Position numbers and translations under genes: made by a program. A stretch of DNA of 33,892 nucleotides. Source: an uncultured Bacteroidaceae bacterium (GTDB taxonomy: Bacteria; Bacteroidota; Bacteroidia; Bacteroidales; Bacteroidaceae). A model generated the notes under the pieces. It was not told the DNA's origin. It saw only the letters and a list, made by a program, of their open reading frames with translations, and did not search any database. This document shows, in pieces, positions 16,694 to 27,184 of this stretch (position 1 is its first letter; the number at the start of each line of letters is the position of its first letter). The stretch spans positions 1-33,892 of the forward strand of contig CAYSOK010000002.1 of NCBI GenBank assembly GCA_964432645.1, written 5' to 3'.

Positions 16694-17365
16694 ATGTTTG
16701 ACGTAATTACCCCATTAACAGAGATACTGGCCGAACTGCCGAAAACGGTTCGGCTGGTAGCTGTTTCCAAATACCATCCTGTGGAGTATATAGAAGCAGC
16801 ATACGGTGCCGGACAGCGTATCTTCGGTGAGAGTCTGGTGCAGGAGTTGGTCAAAAAGCAAGAACAACTCCCCAAGGATATTGAGTGGCACTTTATTGGT
16901 CATTTACAGACAAATAAGGTGAAATACATCGCTCCGTTCGTGAGCATGATTCATGCGGTAGATAGCTTCAAATTACTGAAGGAAATCAATCGACAGGGGG
17001 AGAAATGTGGACGCAAGATTAAATGTTTGCTGCAATTGCACATAGCTCGTGAAGAGACGAAGTTTGGTTTTAGCTATACGGAATTGGAGGAGATGTTGGT
17101 TGAAGGGGAATGGAAAAATCTACCTTATGTGGAAATTTGCGGTATCATGTGCATGGCGAGCAATGTGGACGATGAGGAAGTGATTCGCAAGGAGTTCCAC
17201 GGGGCGCGCTTGTTCTTCTATAAGATTCAAGATGAGTTCTTCCACAACAACCCGGAATTTTGTGAGTGTTCTTATGGTATGAGTCACGATTATCCCATCG
17301 CCATAGAAGAGGGAAGCACTCTGATTCGTGTGGGAAGCAAAATCTTTGGTCCAAGAGTATATTAA
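16694..17365 (+). CDS. yggS: YggS-family PLP-binding (PLP homeostasis) protein
   Basis: The PLP lysine motif is LVAVSKYHP. The sequences HFIGHLQTNKVKY and SYGMSHDYPIAIEEGSTLIRVGSKIFG are also present. Length is 223 aa. The gene starts 10 nt after the upstream stop. Confidence 0.9.
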   Translation: MFDVITPLTEILAELPKTVRLVAVSKYHPVEYIEAAYGAGQRIFGESLVQELVKKQEQLPKDIEWHFIGHLQTNKVKYIAPFVSMIHAVDSFKLLKEINRQGEKCGRKIKCLLQLHIAREETKFGFSYTELEEMLVEGEWKNLPYVEICGIMCMASNVDDEEVIRKEFHGARLFFYKIQDEFFHNNPEFCECSYGMSHDYPIAIEEGSTLIRVGSKIFGPRVY

Positions 17366-17452
17366 TAGAAACACTTTTGCTTTATTTGTGTTCAATACTT
17401 CGCTAGTATAGGAAAGATATAACAAAAAAGTATTGAAAATTGCATCTTTTTC

Positions 17453-17483
17453 TTTGTTATGTGCAAGAAATACATTACTTTTG
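17453..17483 (+). promoter_or_regulatory. Bacteroides-type promoter for the AMP-binding enzyme gene
   Basis: TTTG (17453-17456) is followed by 19 nt and then TACTTTTG (17476-17483). The site is 24 nt upstream of ATG 17507. Confidence 0.6.
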
Positions 17484-17506
17484 CACATGACAAATAAAAA
17501 TGTGCA

Positions 17507-19183
17507 ATGGAAAAGATACCTAGCTATAACGCAATCGTAGAGATGAGCATCCGCAAACATTGGGATATGGATGCTCTGACCAACTATAAGGGCGAGAACT
17601 ATCGTTTTCGCGATGTGGCTGTTGAGATAGAAAAGCTGCATATTCTCTTTGAGGAGTATGGATTAGAGAAGGGGGACAAAGTCGCGTTGTATGGTAGAAA
17701 CTGTGCGTACTGGGCGATTGTATTTTTTGCCACTCTTACCTACGGTGCGGTGGGAGTTCCCATCTTGCACGAATTTAAACCGGAACAGGTTCACAACATT
17801 ATTAATCACTCGGAGGCAAAATTGGTTTTCATTGGAGACCAGACTCTAAATCAGGTAAATGCCGAGGAGACTCCGAATTTGCAGGGTATCTTTGGATTGA
17901 AAGATTTGTCATGTATCTATAGCACACTTGCATCTTTCACACCGAACATGGATATACGTTTGCATCTACAAACAGCTTTTGAGCAGAAATTTCCGAAGGG
18001 ATTGACCCTGGAGGATATTCGTTACCATGTGGACAGCGCGGAAGAAATTGCACTCATCAACTATACCTCGGGAACTACCGGTTTTTCCAAAGGTGTACTC
18101 ATCCCCTATCGTGCCTTGTGGAGCAACTACGATTTCGCCATCACGGTTCTTGGAAAACAGGTCAAAGCCGGAGATAAAGTGCTATCCATCTTACCCATGG
18201 CACACATGTATGGCATGGCGTTCGAATTTTTGTTTGAATTCTTATATGGATGCCACGTATACTTCTTGACACGCACACCGAGTCCTAAGATTATCCTTAT
18301 GGCCTTTGCTGAAATTAAACCGATAATTATCATCAGCGTACCACTGATTATAGAAAAGGTGATTCGCAATTCGGTATTCCCGAAGTTGCAAAAGCCGAGC
18401 ATGAAGTTACTGATGCACATGCCTATTATAAATAAGGTTATAAAGCGAAAGATATATAAGCAACTTACGGAGGCTTTCGGTGGTAGCTTCTACGAGATTA
18501 TCATTGGAGGTGCTGCCTTTAGCAACGATGTGGAGGTTTTCCTCAAAGATATCAATTTCCCATTTACCGTGGGGTATGGCACAACCGAGTGCGCTCCGAT
18601 TATTGCCTACGAGGATTGGCATAAATTTAGAACCGGCTCCTGTGGTAAATGTGTGCCGCACATGGAAGTGCGTATTGACAGTAAAGATCCGCAGCATACG
18701 GTAGGTGAAATTTTGTGTCGGGGTCTCAATGTAACACCGGGTTACTATAAAAATCCGGAGGCTACGGAACAGACCATAGACAAAGAGGGATGGTACCACA
18801 CCGGGGATTTAGCGCTGATGGATAAGGATGGGTACATCTACATAAAGGGACGTAGTAAAAACATGCTTTTGAGTGCCAACGGACAGAATGTATACCCGGA
18901 AGAATTGGAGGACAAAATCAATGCAATGCCTTATATCGTAGAGAGTATCGTAATACAAAAGGCGGACAAATTCTATGCTCTTATCTACCCGAATAGGGAT
19001 CGCTTCAATGCAGAAAAAGCGGGGGCGGATATAGCGGCACAGATGGAGAATAACCGTATTCAAGTAAACAAGTTACTACCCTCTTATGCTCAAATTGCCG
19101 GCATAAAACTGTATGATGAGGAGTTTGAAAAGACTCCCAAAAAGAGTATCAAACGTTTTTTGTATGTAGACGCTGAGATATAA
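17507..19183 (+). CDS. AMP-binding enzyme, long-chain acyl-CoA synthetase-like
   Basis: The AMP-binding motif is INYTSGTTGFSKGV. The sequences GYGTTECAP and YHTGDLALMDKDGYIYIKGRSKNM are also present. Length is 558 aa. Confidence 0.88.
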   Translation: MEKIPSYNAIVEMSIRKHWDMDALTNYKGENYRFRDVAVEIEKLHILFEEYGLEKGDKVALYGRNCAYWAIVFFATLTYGAVGVPILHEFKPEQVHNIINHSEAKLVFIGDQTLNQVNAEETPNLQGIFGLKDLSCIYSTLASFTPNMDIRLHLQTAFEQKFPKGLTLEDIRYHVDSAEEIALINYTSGTTGFSKGVLIPYRALWSNYDFAITVLGKQVKAGDKVLSILPMAHMYGMAFEFLFEFLYGCHVYFLTRTPSPKIILMAFAEIKPIIIISVPLIIEKVIRNSVFPKLQKPSMKLLMHMPIINKVIKRKIYKQLTEAFGGSFYEIIIGGAAFSNDVEVFLKDINFPFTVGYGTTECAPIIAYEDWHKFRTGSCGKCVPHMEVRIDSKDPQHTVGEILCRGLNVTPGYYKNPEATEQTIDKEGWYHTGDLALMDKDGYIYIKGRSKNMLLSANGQNVYPEELEDKINAMPYIVESIVIQKADKFYALIYPNRDRFNAEKAGADIAAQMENNRIQVNKLLPSYAQIAGIKLYDEEFEKTPKKSIKRFLYVDAEI

Positions 19184-19201
19184 AAAGAGGGGAAAGGTTT
19201 C

Positions 19202-19272
19202 GGATTTGTGTAAACAACAACGAGAGAGCCATCCACAGTGTAGGGACGTTTCGTAGTTGTTTTCACAAATCC
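19202..19272. repeat. Imperfect 21-bp inverted repeat (long hairpin) between convergent genes; possible bidirectional terminator
   Basis: GGATTTGTGTAAACAACAACG (19202-19222) pairs with CGTAGTTGTTTTCACAAATCC (19252-19272) at 19 of 21 positions. The loop is 29 nt. No clear U-tract is present on either strand. Confidence 0.5.
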
Positions 19273-19287
19273 AAAACTTAAGCTATC

Positions 19288-19992
19288 TTATTTCTTTCGT
19301 TTTTTCGCAGCCACCATTTCCAACTGACGCTGAACAGCCTCTAAACTTGCTTTTTCATCGTCTGTCATTTCTCGTTTTGCCGGAACTTCTTCCTGTTTTG
19401 CAGCTTCCTTTTGTTCTTGTGCTGCAGCACGCACACGACTCAAAGTCTCCGGAGCCATCTGTAAATATGAGGCGATGTGTACCAATGGAGCACGCAGGAA
19501 TATCTCCGGCTGTACACTCAACAAATAGTTATATCGTTCTTGCGCAGACTCAAACCTACGGCGATCGGCCGCCACCTGTGAGCGAATAAGAGCATGCTCC
19601 AATATGTGACGATAAAAGAGATTTATCTCTTTGTTGCGATCGGCCAACTCCTCTATTGCATCGTGTGGAATACCATACAACACACTAGGCTCCAATGCCT
19701 CCACCATCAAACGAGTAGGCTCCTGCTTAAAGAAACTCTCGATACATACCACCAAACGACCTTCATAGGAGAAATGTTCCGTCACATCCTTATTGTTTTT
19801 AAAATAGAACTGACGTACAATCCCCTTATGGACAAAGAGCATATACTTGCACACCTCACCCTCGTCCAATACCCGGTCTCCTTTTGCATACTTAAAAGGA
19901 ACCAATATCTCTGCCAACTCATTAAGAGCTGTTGGCGATAGCGTGTAAAACGCACGTGCCAACTCTCTGGCTACATCATTCTTAGATTCCAT
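19288..19992 (-). CDS. Crp/Fnr-family transcriptional regulator with an extra charged C-terminal tail
   Basis: The cNMP-binding-like beta-roll reads FKYAKGDRVLDEGEVCKYMLFVHKGIVRQF. The HTH reads LVHIASYLQMAPETLSRVR. A 46-aa Lys/Glu/Ala-rich extension ending in KKRKK follows. The gene starts 30 nt downstream of the lepA stop. Confidence 0.85.
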   Translation of the reverse strand: MESKNDVARELARAFYTLSPTALNELAEILVPFKYAKGDRVLDEGEVCKYMLFVHKGIVRQFYFKNNKDVTEHFSYEGRLVVCIESFFKQEPTRLMVEALEPSVLYGIPHDAIEELADRNKEINLFYRHILEHALIRSQVAADRRRFESAQERYNYLLSVQPEIFLRAPLVHIASYLQMAPETLSRVRAAAQEQKEAAKQEEVPAKREMTDDEKASLEAVQRQLEMVAAKKRKK

Positions 19993-20022
19993 CGATTAAA
20001 GTTTTAAGGTTCTCTATTTTGA

Positions 20023-21804
20023 TTAATCCAACTTCAACACTGCAAGGAAGGCCTTCTGCGGAACTTCCACATTACCAATCTGTTTCATACGTTTCTTTCC
20101 TCGCTTTTGCTTCTCCAACAATTTACGTTTACGACTCACATCACCACCATAACATTTGGCGGTTACATCCTTACGCACCTGCTTTACCGTCTCACGAGCA
20201 ATAATCTTTGCTCCGATAGCAGCTTGTATAGCTATATCGAACTGCTGACGTGGAAGCAACTCCTTGAGTTTCTCACACATTCGACGGCCAAAGGTCTCTG
20301 CATTATCAGCATGCGTCAAGGTTGAAAGTGCATCCACCGGTTCTCCATTCAAAAGAATATCCAACTTTACCAATTTAGAGGTTCGGAAGCCATTCTGATG
20401 ATAGTCGAAGGAAGCATACCCCTTGGAAATACTCTTCAACTTATCGTAAAAATCAATCACAATCTCACCCAACGGGAGGTCAAAGATGAGTTCCACACGG
20501 TTTCCACTTATGTAGTCTTGTTTCACCAATTCCCCTCGCTTGCCCAAGCATAAGGTCATAATAGGACCGATGTAATTAGCTGTCGTTATGACGGATGCAC
20601 GAATGTAAGGTTCCTCAATATGATCTATGAGCGTTTGTTCCGGCATACCGGCAGGATTGTGAACTTCCTTCACTTCACCATGCTTATCGTAGACCATATA
20701 AGATACATTCGGAACCGTTGTTATAACATCCATATTAAATTCACGATCTAGACGTTCCTGTACAATCTCCATGTGCAAGAGTCCCAAGAATCCACAACGA
20801 AACCCAAAGCCCAAAGCAACGGACGACTCCGGACTAAATGTCAAGGAAGCATCGTTCAACTGCAACTTTTCCAAAGAGGAACGAAGGTTTTCAAAGTCCT
20901 CCGTGACAATGGGATACACTCCGGCAAACACCATCGGCTTCACCTCCTCAAACCCTGCAATTGCTTCTTTACACGGACGTTCCACATGCGTAATCGTATC
21001 TCCTACCTTCACCTCGGTAGCAGTCTTAATGCCGGATACTATGTAACCTACATCACCACACCCCAATGACTTACGCGGAATCATATCCATCTTCAACACG
21101 CCAATCTCATCGGCAGGATATTCCTTTCCGGTATTTATAAACTGTACCTTATCCCCGGAGTTAATCGTACCATTTACTATCTTAAAGTATGCAATAATAC
21201 CTCGATAAGAATTGAATACAGAGTCAAAAATCAAAGCTTGCAATGGAGCATTCTCATCCCCTACCGGATGTGGAATACGCTCAACCACAGCCTTCAAGAT
21301 GTCGTCTACACCCTCGCCGGTTTTACCGGAAGCACGAATAATATCCTCTCGTTTACAGCCTATGAGGTCGATGATTTCATCCTCCACTTCCTCGGGCATA
21401 GCATTCACCATGTCGCACTTATTAATAACAGGAATAATCTCTAGATTGTGCTCTATCGCCATATAGAGATTCGAAATGGTCTGAGCCTGTACACCTTGCG
21501 TAGCATCCACCACCAATAAAGCACCCTCACACGCCGCAATGGAACGGGAAACTTCATACGAGAAATCCACATGTCCCGGAGTGTCAATTAAGTTGAGAAT
21601 GTATTTTTCGCCGTTATAGCTATACTCCATCTGTATGGCATGACTTTTAATGGTTATACCACGTTCCTTCTCCAAATCCATATCATCAAGCATCTGTCCT
21701 TCAGTGACTTTTATCGTATTTGTTCGTTCCAACAAGCGATCTGCCAACGTAGACTTACCGTGATCAATATGCGCTATAATGCAAAAATTTCGAATCTTAT
21801 CCAT
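20023..21804 (-). CDS. lepA: Elongation factor 4 (LepA)
   Basis: GTPase motifs [18 protein letters not shown] and NKCD are present. The LepA-specific C-terminal region ends [25 protein letters not shown]. Length is 593 aa. Confidence 0.95.
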   Translation of the reverse strand: MDKIRNFCIIAHIDHGKSTLADRLLERTNTIKVTEGQMLDDMDLEKERGITIKSHAIQMEYSYNGEKYILNLIDTPGHVDFSYEVSRSIAACEGALLVVDATQGVQAQTISNLYMAIEHNLEIIPVINKCDMVNAMPEEVEDEIIDLIGCKREDIIRASGKTGEGVDDILKAVVERIPHPVGDENAPLQALIFDSVFNSYRGIIAYFKIVNGTINSGDKVQFINTGKEYPADEIGVLKMDMIPRKSLGCGDVGYIVSGIKTATEVKVGDTITHVERPCKEAIAGFEEVKPMVFAGVYPIVTEDFENLRSSLEKLQLNDASLTFSPESSVALGFGFRCGFLGLLHMEIVQERLDREFNMDVITTVPNVSYMVYDKHGEVKEVHNPAGMPEQTLIDHIEEPYIRASVITTANYIGPIMTLCLGKRGELVKQDYISGNRVELIFDLPLGEIVIDFYDKLKSISKGYASFDYHQNGFRTSKLVKLDILLNGEPVDALSTLTHADNAETFGRRMCEKLKELLPRQQFDIAIQAAIGAKIIARETVKQVRKDVTAKCYGGDVSRKRKLLEKQKRGKKRMKQIGNVEVPQKAFLAVLKLD

Positions 21805-21825
21805 CCTATTACCTTATATTTTGTG

Positions 21826-21833
21826 CAAAATTA
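21826..21833 (-). promoter_or_regulatory. Candidate -7 promoter element for lepA
   Basis: The minus strand reads TAATTTTG (TAnnTTTG) 22 nt upstream of the lepA start. No consensus -33 element is present. Confidence 0.4.
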
Positions 21834-21869
21834 GAAAAAAAAATCGGAACATAGTGTATCTAAGTTACG

Positions 21870-21913
21870 AAAAAAACATAAAGGGTGCTGTTTCTCCCGA
21901 AACAACACCCTTT
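21870..21913 (-). terminator. Rho-independent terminator of dnaK
   Basis: A 15-bp stem with one mismatch (21880-21894 / 21899-21913) closes a 4-nt loop. On the minus strand it is followed by a T7 run (21876-21870). It lies 40 nt downstream of the dnaK stop. Confidence 0.75.
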
Positions 21914-21953
21914 CTTTATAAACTCAATTTTCTAACCTTTTAGCTTATGATGA

Positions 21954-23870
21954 TTATTTCACCTCTTCAAAATCTGCATCTTGAATATCCTCGGCACCGC
22001 CATTGTTACCGGCGTTCTGCTGAGCACCTGCACCAGGACCTGCCTGAGCACCTGCACCCGGCTGTCCACCTTGATACATCTGTGCACTAGCGGCCTGCCA
22101 TGCTGTATTCAGCTCTGCCATTGCGGCATCGATTGCAGAAAGGTCAGCAGCCTTGTGTGCATCCTTCAACTTCTGAAGTGCTGACTCGATTGCCGGTTTT
22201 TTATCTGCCGGAAGCTTATCGCCCAACTCCTTCAACTGATTCTCGGTCTGGAAAATCATGGAGTCTGCCTGATTCATCTTATCGATACGCTCCTTTTCCT
22301 TCTTATCTGCATCGGCATTTGCTTCTGCCTCGGCCTTCATACGGTCAATCTCCTCTTGACTCAAACCGGATGATGCCTCGATACGAATGGCTTGTTCCTT
22401 ACCGGTTGCCTTATCCTTTGCAGATACTTTCAAAATACCGTTAGCATCGATATCGAAGCTTACCTCAATCTGAGGAATACCACGCTGAGCAGGTGCGATA
22501 CCGGTAAGATTGAACTGACCGATGGACTTGTTCTGACTTGCCATTGGACGCTCTCCCTGAAGTACATGGATGGTTACCTCGGTTTGATTGTCGGCTGCCG
22601 TAGAGAATACTTGACTCTTCTTGCACGGAATGGTCGTATTGGCATCTATCAACTTGGTCATAACACCGCCCAAGGTCTCGATACCCATTGACAACGGAGT
22701 GACATCCAACAAGACGATATCGCCAACGCCCTCTTCCTTATTCAAGATAGCACCCTGAATAGATGCACCTACAGCTACAACTTCATCGGGGTTAACGCCC
22801 TTGGACGGTGCCTTACCGAAGAAGTCTTCTACCAACTTCTGAATAGCGGGGATTCGGCTAGAACCACCTACGAGGATTACCTCATCGATATCGGCGTTGT
22901 TCAAACCTGCGTCCTGCATTGCGTTCTGACAAGGCACCTTACATGCCTGAATCAGGTTGTCGGCCAACTGCTCAAACTTAGCACGGGTCAAAGACTTAAC
23001 CAAGTGCTTTGGCACACCGCCTACAGCAGTGATGTACGGCAAATTAATCTCGGTTGCGGTAGAAGAAGACAACTCTATCTTTGCCTTCTCGGCAGCTTCC
23101 TTCAGACGTTGGAGTGCCATAGGATCTTGTTTCAAATCTATGCCTTCTTCGTTCTTGAACTCGCTTGCCAACCAGTCGATGATAACCTGGTCGAAGTCAT
23201 CTCCTCCCAGATGGGTATCTCCGTTGGTAGAAAGCACCTCAAATACGCCGCCACCAAACTCCAAGATAGAGATATCGAAAGTACCACCACCCAAGTCGAA
23301 TACGGCAATCTTCATATCCTTGTTTGCCTTATCTACACCATAAGCAAGTGCTGCTGCGGTAGGCTCGTTAACGATACGCTTTACGTCCAATCCGGCAATC
23401 TGACCTGCCTCCTTGGTTGCCTGACGCTGTGAATCGGAGAAGTAAGCGGGAACAGTAATAACAGCTTCTGTTACCTCCTGACCGAGATAATCTTCTGCGG
23501 TCTTCTTCATCTTCTGCAGAATCATAGCACTAATCTCCTGCGGAGTGTACAAACGACCATCGATATCAACACGCGGAGTATTGTTGTCACCACGCTGTAC
23601 TGAGTATGGAACGCGTGCAATCTCCTTCTGCACCTGATCATAGGTCTCACCCATGAAACGCTTGATGGAGAAGATGGTGTTCTTCGGGTTGGTGATTGCC
23701 TGGCGCTTTGCAGGGTCACCTACCTTGCGCTCGCCACCCTCTACAAATGCTACGATAGACGGTGTGGTTCTCTTACCTTCGCTGTTAGCGATTACGACCG
23801 GTTCATTTCCTTCAAATACGGAAACACAACTGTTAGTGGTTCCGAGGTCAATTCCAATAATCTTTCCCAT
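21954..23870 (-). CDS. dnaK: Molecular chaperone DnaK (Hsp70)
   Basis: The sequences [20 protein letters not shown] and [12 protein letters not shown] are present, along with a Gly/Ala/Gln-rich tail ending EEVK. Length is 638 aa. Confidence 0.97.
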   Translation of the reverse strand: MGKIIGIDLGTTNSCVSVFEGNEPVVIANSEGKRTTPSIVAFVEGGERKVGDPAKRQAITNPKNTIFSIKRFMGETYDQVQKEIARVPYSVQRGDNNTPRVDIDGRLYTPQEISAMILQKMKKTAEDYLGQEVTEAVITVPAYFSDSQRQATKEAGQIAGLDVKRIVNEPTAAALAYGVDKANKDMKIAVFDLGGGTFDISILEFGGGVFEVLSTNGDTHLGGDDFDQVIIDWLASEFKNEEGIDLKQDPMALQRLKEAAEKAKIELSSSTATEINLPYITAVGGVPKHLVKSLTRAKFEQLADNLIQACKVPCQNAMQDAGLNNADIDEVILVGGSSRIPAIQKLVEDFFGKAPSKGVNPDEVVAVGASIQGAILNKEEGVGDIVLLDVTPLSMGIETLGGVMTKLIDANTTIPCKKSQVFSTAADNQTEVTIHVLQGERPMASQNKSIGQFNLTGIAPAQRGIPQIEVSFDIDANGILKVSAKDKATGKEQAIRIEASSGLSQEEIDRMKAEAEANADADKKEKERIDKMNQADSMIFQTENQLKELGDKLPADKKPAIESALQKLKDAHKAADLSAIDAAMAELNTAWQAASAQMYQGGQPGAGAQAGPGAGAQQNAGNNGGAEDIQDADFEEVK

Positions 23871-23981
23871 AATAGTATTTTTTATTTTTATTTTTTATTC
23901 TACTTATTGATAATCTCTGTGATTTCCTTTGCCTCTCTGTGGAGGTTCCGTTCCTCATCAACAATTTTACAAACACCGTGC

Positions 23982-23989
23982 CAAAACTA
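23982..23989 (-). promoter_or_regulatory. Candidate -7 promoter element for dnaK
   Basis: The minus strand reads TAGTTTTG (TAnnTTTG) about 110 nt upstream of the dnaK start. No -33 TTTG sits at the expected spacing. Confidence 0.35.
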
Positions 23990-24095
23990 TTTGTTTATAC
24001 CATAAGTTTTTTTCGATAAATAAAAAAAGATGGGTTTTGGGGATAGAAAATAATGGAGTATATCTACAAAAAGGTATTACACCTTATTATATATA

Positions 24096-24131
24096 AAGGG
24101 CTGTAACCTCAAATTTGAGGATACAGCCCTT
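24096..24131 (-). terminator. Hairpin terminator after the V-ATPase operon
   Basis: This is a near-perfect 36-nt palindrome, AAGGGCTGTAACCTCAAA / TTTGAGGATACAGCCCTT, with one mismatch. It lies 21 nt downstream of the subunit K stop. The trailing sequence is AT-rich, not a clean U-tract. Confidence 0.55.
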
Positions 24132-24151
24132 CACTTATCTTTATAATTCTA

Positions 24152-24628
<477 letters not shown>

Positions 24629-24668
24629 TTAATTTATTATTCTATTTGTTTACTTGTTACTTTTTCAA

Positions 24669-26549
24669 TTAAGATGCACGCTCTTTTACCTTGTGCAGAT
24701 GGAACGGATTGTAAGCCTTACCTCCTCCTTCATAATCGGCGTTCTTGAAGAACTCCACGAAGGTGAGTCGCATGGGGTGTACAAAGCTACTAATCATACA
24801 CAGAGCAAAGTTGATGCCGTGACCAAAGAGTAGTATGAACAGAAATACCAATTCATGTACAACCGGCACTTGCGGACTCATATCCACTGCCAGACTATTG
24901 AACACACTTCCCAAGACACCGCCGGTGAGACCTAGGGCGAACAAACGGATGTAAGAAAGTAAGTCACCCAACAAGCCGGTTGCCATATTGTAGGTACTCC
25001 ACACACCGGAAGCTAAATTGGAGAATACACCCAACACGGGTTTCTTGTAACCATCCGGGCTGTTGAAAAGATAGATACCTACCGCTGCTACTGCCAAGAG
25101 AGCATAGAAGAGATACAGCACTGCCATTGGCCACTCGACACCGCAAGCCGGTACGCCAAAGATGAGTACCAATAAGATGAGTGCAGCCACCCAAGAAAGT
25201 TTACCTACGGCAAACTGCCATCCGTACAAGCGGGCTGTCTTAACGCCGGAAAGCGTCATTCCCAACAGAACTTGTACCAAGCCGATAATGACTGATATAA
25301 CCATCATTGGACTGTAACCAAAGAGCGTAAAATTATTCTCGCTGATGAAATAGTGCTTCACCGGAGCCAACACTGCCCAATCGCTCGTTGATAAGTCAAT
25401 ACCAAAGAAGGAACCGGTAAGCAAACCGCACAGCACCGTCATACCGCCCAAGAAAAGTCCTAGACTTCCATACGCCTTCATATCTCCACCTTTTCTATAG
25501 ATAAAGAAACTCGCCAACATGATAAGCAGACCGTATCCGGCATCTCCCATACACAAGCCGAAGAACAACATGAAGAAGGGAGCAAAATAGACGGTTGGGT
25601 CTAAATCACGATACTTAGGCAAGGAGTACATTCGCAAGATGGGTTCAAACAAACGGCTGTACGCGTTGTTGGTAATCCGGATAGGCACATCATCATCCAT
25701 AATCTCCGGAGAAGACATCTCGTAGTATGCATGATGTGATATAAGGAATTGTTCAACAGAATCTGCTTTTTCCTCTAATACCCAACCATTTATCAACTTC
25801 ACATAATCTTGAGCTACGCTCTCCGTATTGAGCTTTACTTGTGAAAGATCGGAAGCGTTCTCGTATGCCACCAAAGCGGCACGCAGGGAATCCTGTTCCT
25901 CACCATAGAGACGCAACAGAGTTTGGCGGACGGTTTGAACATTAGCTTCCTCCTTTTGAATCTCCGCTTCGTAATGAGCCGGACCGTAAGGAGTCAGTGT
26001 GACTTCCTCGGCCTTGATATCCGGACACTCCTTTGCTACCAGCACAAAATAGATTCGCTTATTCAGTTCGCTCACCACCATGAGCGGAAATTCCTCCTCC
26101 CACTCTTTGCGAAAACTACCGGACTGACAGGTGAAGTAATACGGATGGTATCCCGTAGCCTCCAGCTTTTGAAACGCATTACGATCAAACTCGCCCCACG
26201 GTTCTGCCTTTATCAAGTCTCGCTTGAGTGATTCTACAGACAAGAGATGTTTCTTTTCCTCTTCGAAGAGAGCATCCACCTGTGACGGTATCTCTTTACC
26301 ACGCTCCACATCCATCGAACGTGGCGTATAGGTGTTGGTATCCTTCAAACCGGCAGCCAAAGTCTCGAGTTGCGTTAAGGTGCGACGGCAGTGCTCAGCC
26401 TTGTCCATAGCCTCCTGTAATTCAGCAGACATAGCACCCTGCTGCAACTCAGCCACATGCACCAATCCCAGTTCACGCAAATCTTCCAAGAAGGAAGCAT
26501 ACTCGACACTTGACACAAGCATGGTGATTTTTTTCATTTTATCAATCAT
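24669..26549 (-). CDS. ntpI: V-type ATPase subunit I (a-subunit homologue)
   Basis: The protein has a soluble N-terminal half and a polytopic C-terminal half containing SYIRLFALGL (conserved stator Arg). The ATGA start/stop overlap with subunit D lies at 26546-26549. Confidence 0.9.
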   Translation of the reverse strand: MIDKMKKITMLVSSVEYASFLEDLRELGLVHVAELQQGAMSAELQEAMDKAEHCRRTLTQLETLAAGLKDTNTYTPRSMDVERGKEIPSQVDALFEEEKKHLLSVESLKRDLIKAEPWGEFDRNAFQKLEATGYHPYYFTCQSGSFRKEWEEEFPLMVVSELNKRIYFVLVAKECPDIKAEEVTLTPYGPAHYEAEIQKEEANVQTVRQTLLRLYGEEQDSLRAALVAYENASDLSQVKLNTESVAQDYVKLINGWVLEEKADSVEQFLISHHAYYEMSSPEIMDDDVPIRITNNAYSRLFEPILRMYSLPKYRDLDPTVYFAPFFMLFFGLCMGDAGYGLLIMLASFFIYRKGGDMKAYGSLGLFLGGMTVLCGLLTGSFFGIDLSTSDWAVLAPVKHYFISENNFTLFGYSPMMVISVIIGLVQVLLGMTLSGVKTARLYGWQFAVGKLSWVAALILLVLIFGVPACGVEWPMAVLYLFYALLAVAAVGIYLFNSPDGYKKPVLGVFSNLASGVWSTYNMATGLLGDLLSYIRLFALGLTGGVLGSVFNSLAVDMSPQVPVVHELVFLFILLFGHGINFALCMISSFVHPMRLTFVEFFKNADYEGGGKAYNPFHLHKVKERAS

Positions 26550-27151
26550 GCCTCGACCTCCTTTCTTTTTTGCTGGAGCGATTTCAGAATCTTCTGTGAT
26601 GATTTAGATAGATTCTCCTCGTCCTCCATGAATCGTTTTATCTTACGTACGGCCTCCTCGTATCCCGGTATCTGCACTTTCTCAAAGAGGTTCACTTTCT
26701 GAGTGGTCTTCTTACGTGCATGTTCCAAGAGACCCAATTTGGCGAGTACGAACTCTCGTTCTATAGCAGTTTCCGCCAATCCCTGAAGCACTCGAATACC
26801 ATCAAAGTACCACTTCGGGCTACTGAAGATTCCGAAAGGTTTCGTATCCAACTGTATGCTCTTTAGTATCGGTACTCGTACGCCGGCTATCTTCTTCACA
26901 TCCAGTTCTACATGACTGAGTGAGACAAGAGAGGCATCGAACTCCCCCCATAAGGCATACATGGATTCATATCCCTGTATTCGGCTTTCGAGTTCCGCTT
27001 CGAGACGAGCAGCATCTTCCTTGCTCTTTTTCACCTCAAGTCGCAAAGCCGTCTCCTTGCTCTTAATGATAGGCAGGGTACGTCTACGCAGCTTGAGTTG
27101 CTTTTCAATCTGCTGTAACGAGGTCTTATTATATTGAAACTTTATCGCCAT
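26546..27151 (-). CDS. ntpD: V-type ATPase subunit D
   Basis: The protein is 201 aa and coiled-coil-rich. The sequences TLPIIKSKETALRLEV and EHARKKTTQKVNLFEKVQIPGYEE are typical of V/A-type subunit D. Confidence 0.88.
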   Translation of the reverse strand: MAIKFQYNKTSLQQIEKQLKLRRRTLPIIKSKETALRLEVKKSKEDAARLEAELESRIQGYESMYALWGEFDASLVSLSHVELDVKKIAGVRVPILKSIQLDTKPFGIFSSPKWYFDGIRVLQGLAETAIEREFVLAKLGLLEHARKKTTQKVNLFEKVQIPGYEEAVRKIKRFMEDEENLSKSSQKILKSLQQKRKEVEA

Positions 27152-27184
27152 ATATTTATAAATAATGTGTTACGAGAACACCCT

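Noticed and set aside
19225-19240. DnaA-box-like CCATCCACA inside the loop of the 19202-19272 hairpin (possible origin signal)
   Set aside because: It is a single imperfect box (TTATCCACA is the consensus). It has no cluster, no AT-rich unwinding element, no dnaA/dnaN nearby, and sits between convergent genes.
23871-24151. CIRCE/HrcA operator or another heat-shock element in the 280-nt dnaK upstream region
   Set aside because: No TTAGCACTC-N9-GAGTGCTAA-like inverted repeat is present. Only a TAnnTTTG -7 match (23982-23989) and trivial short repeats (CTCTGTG twice) are seen.
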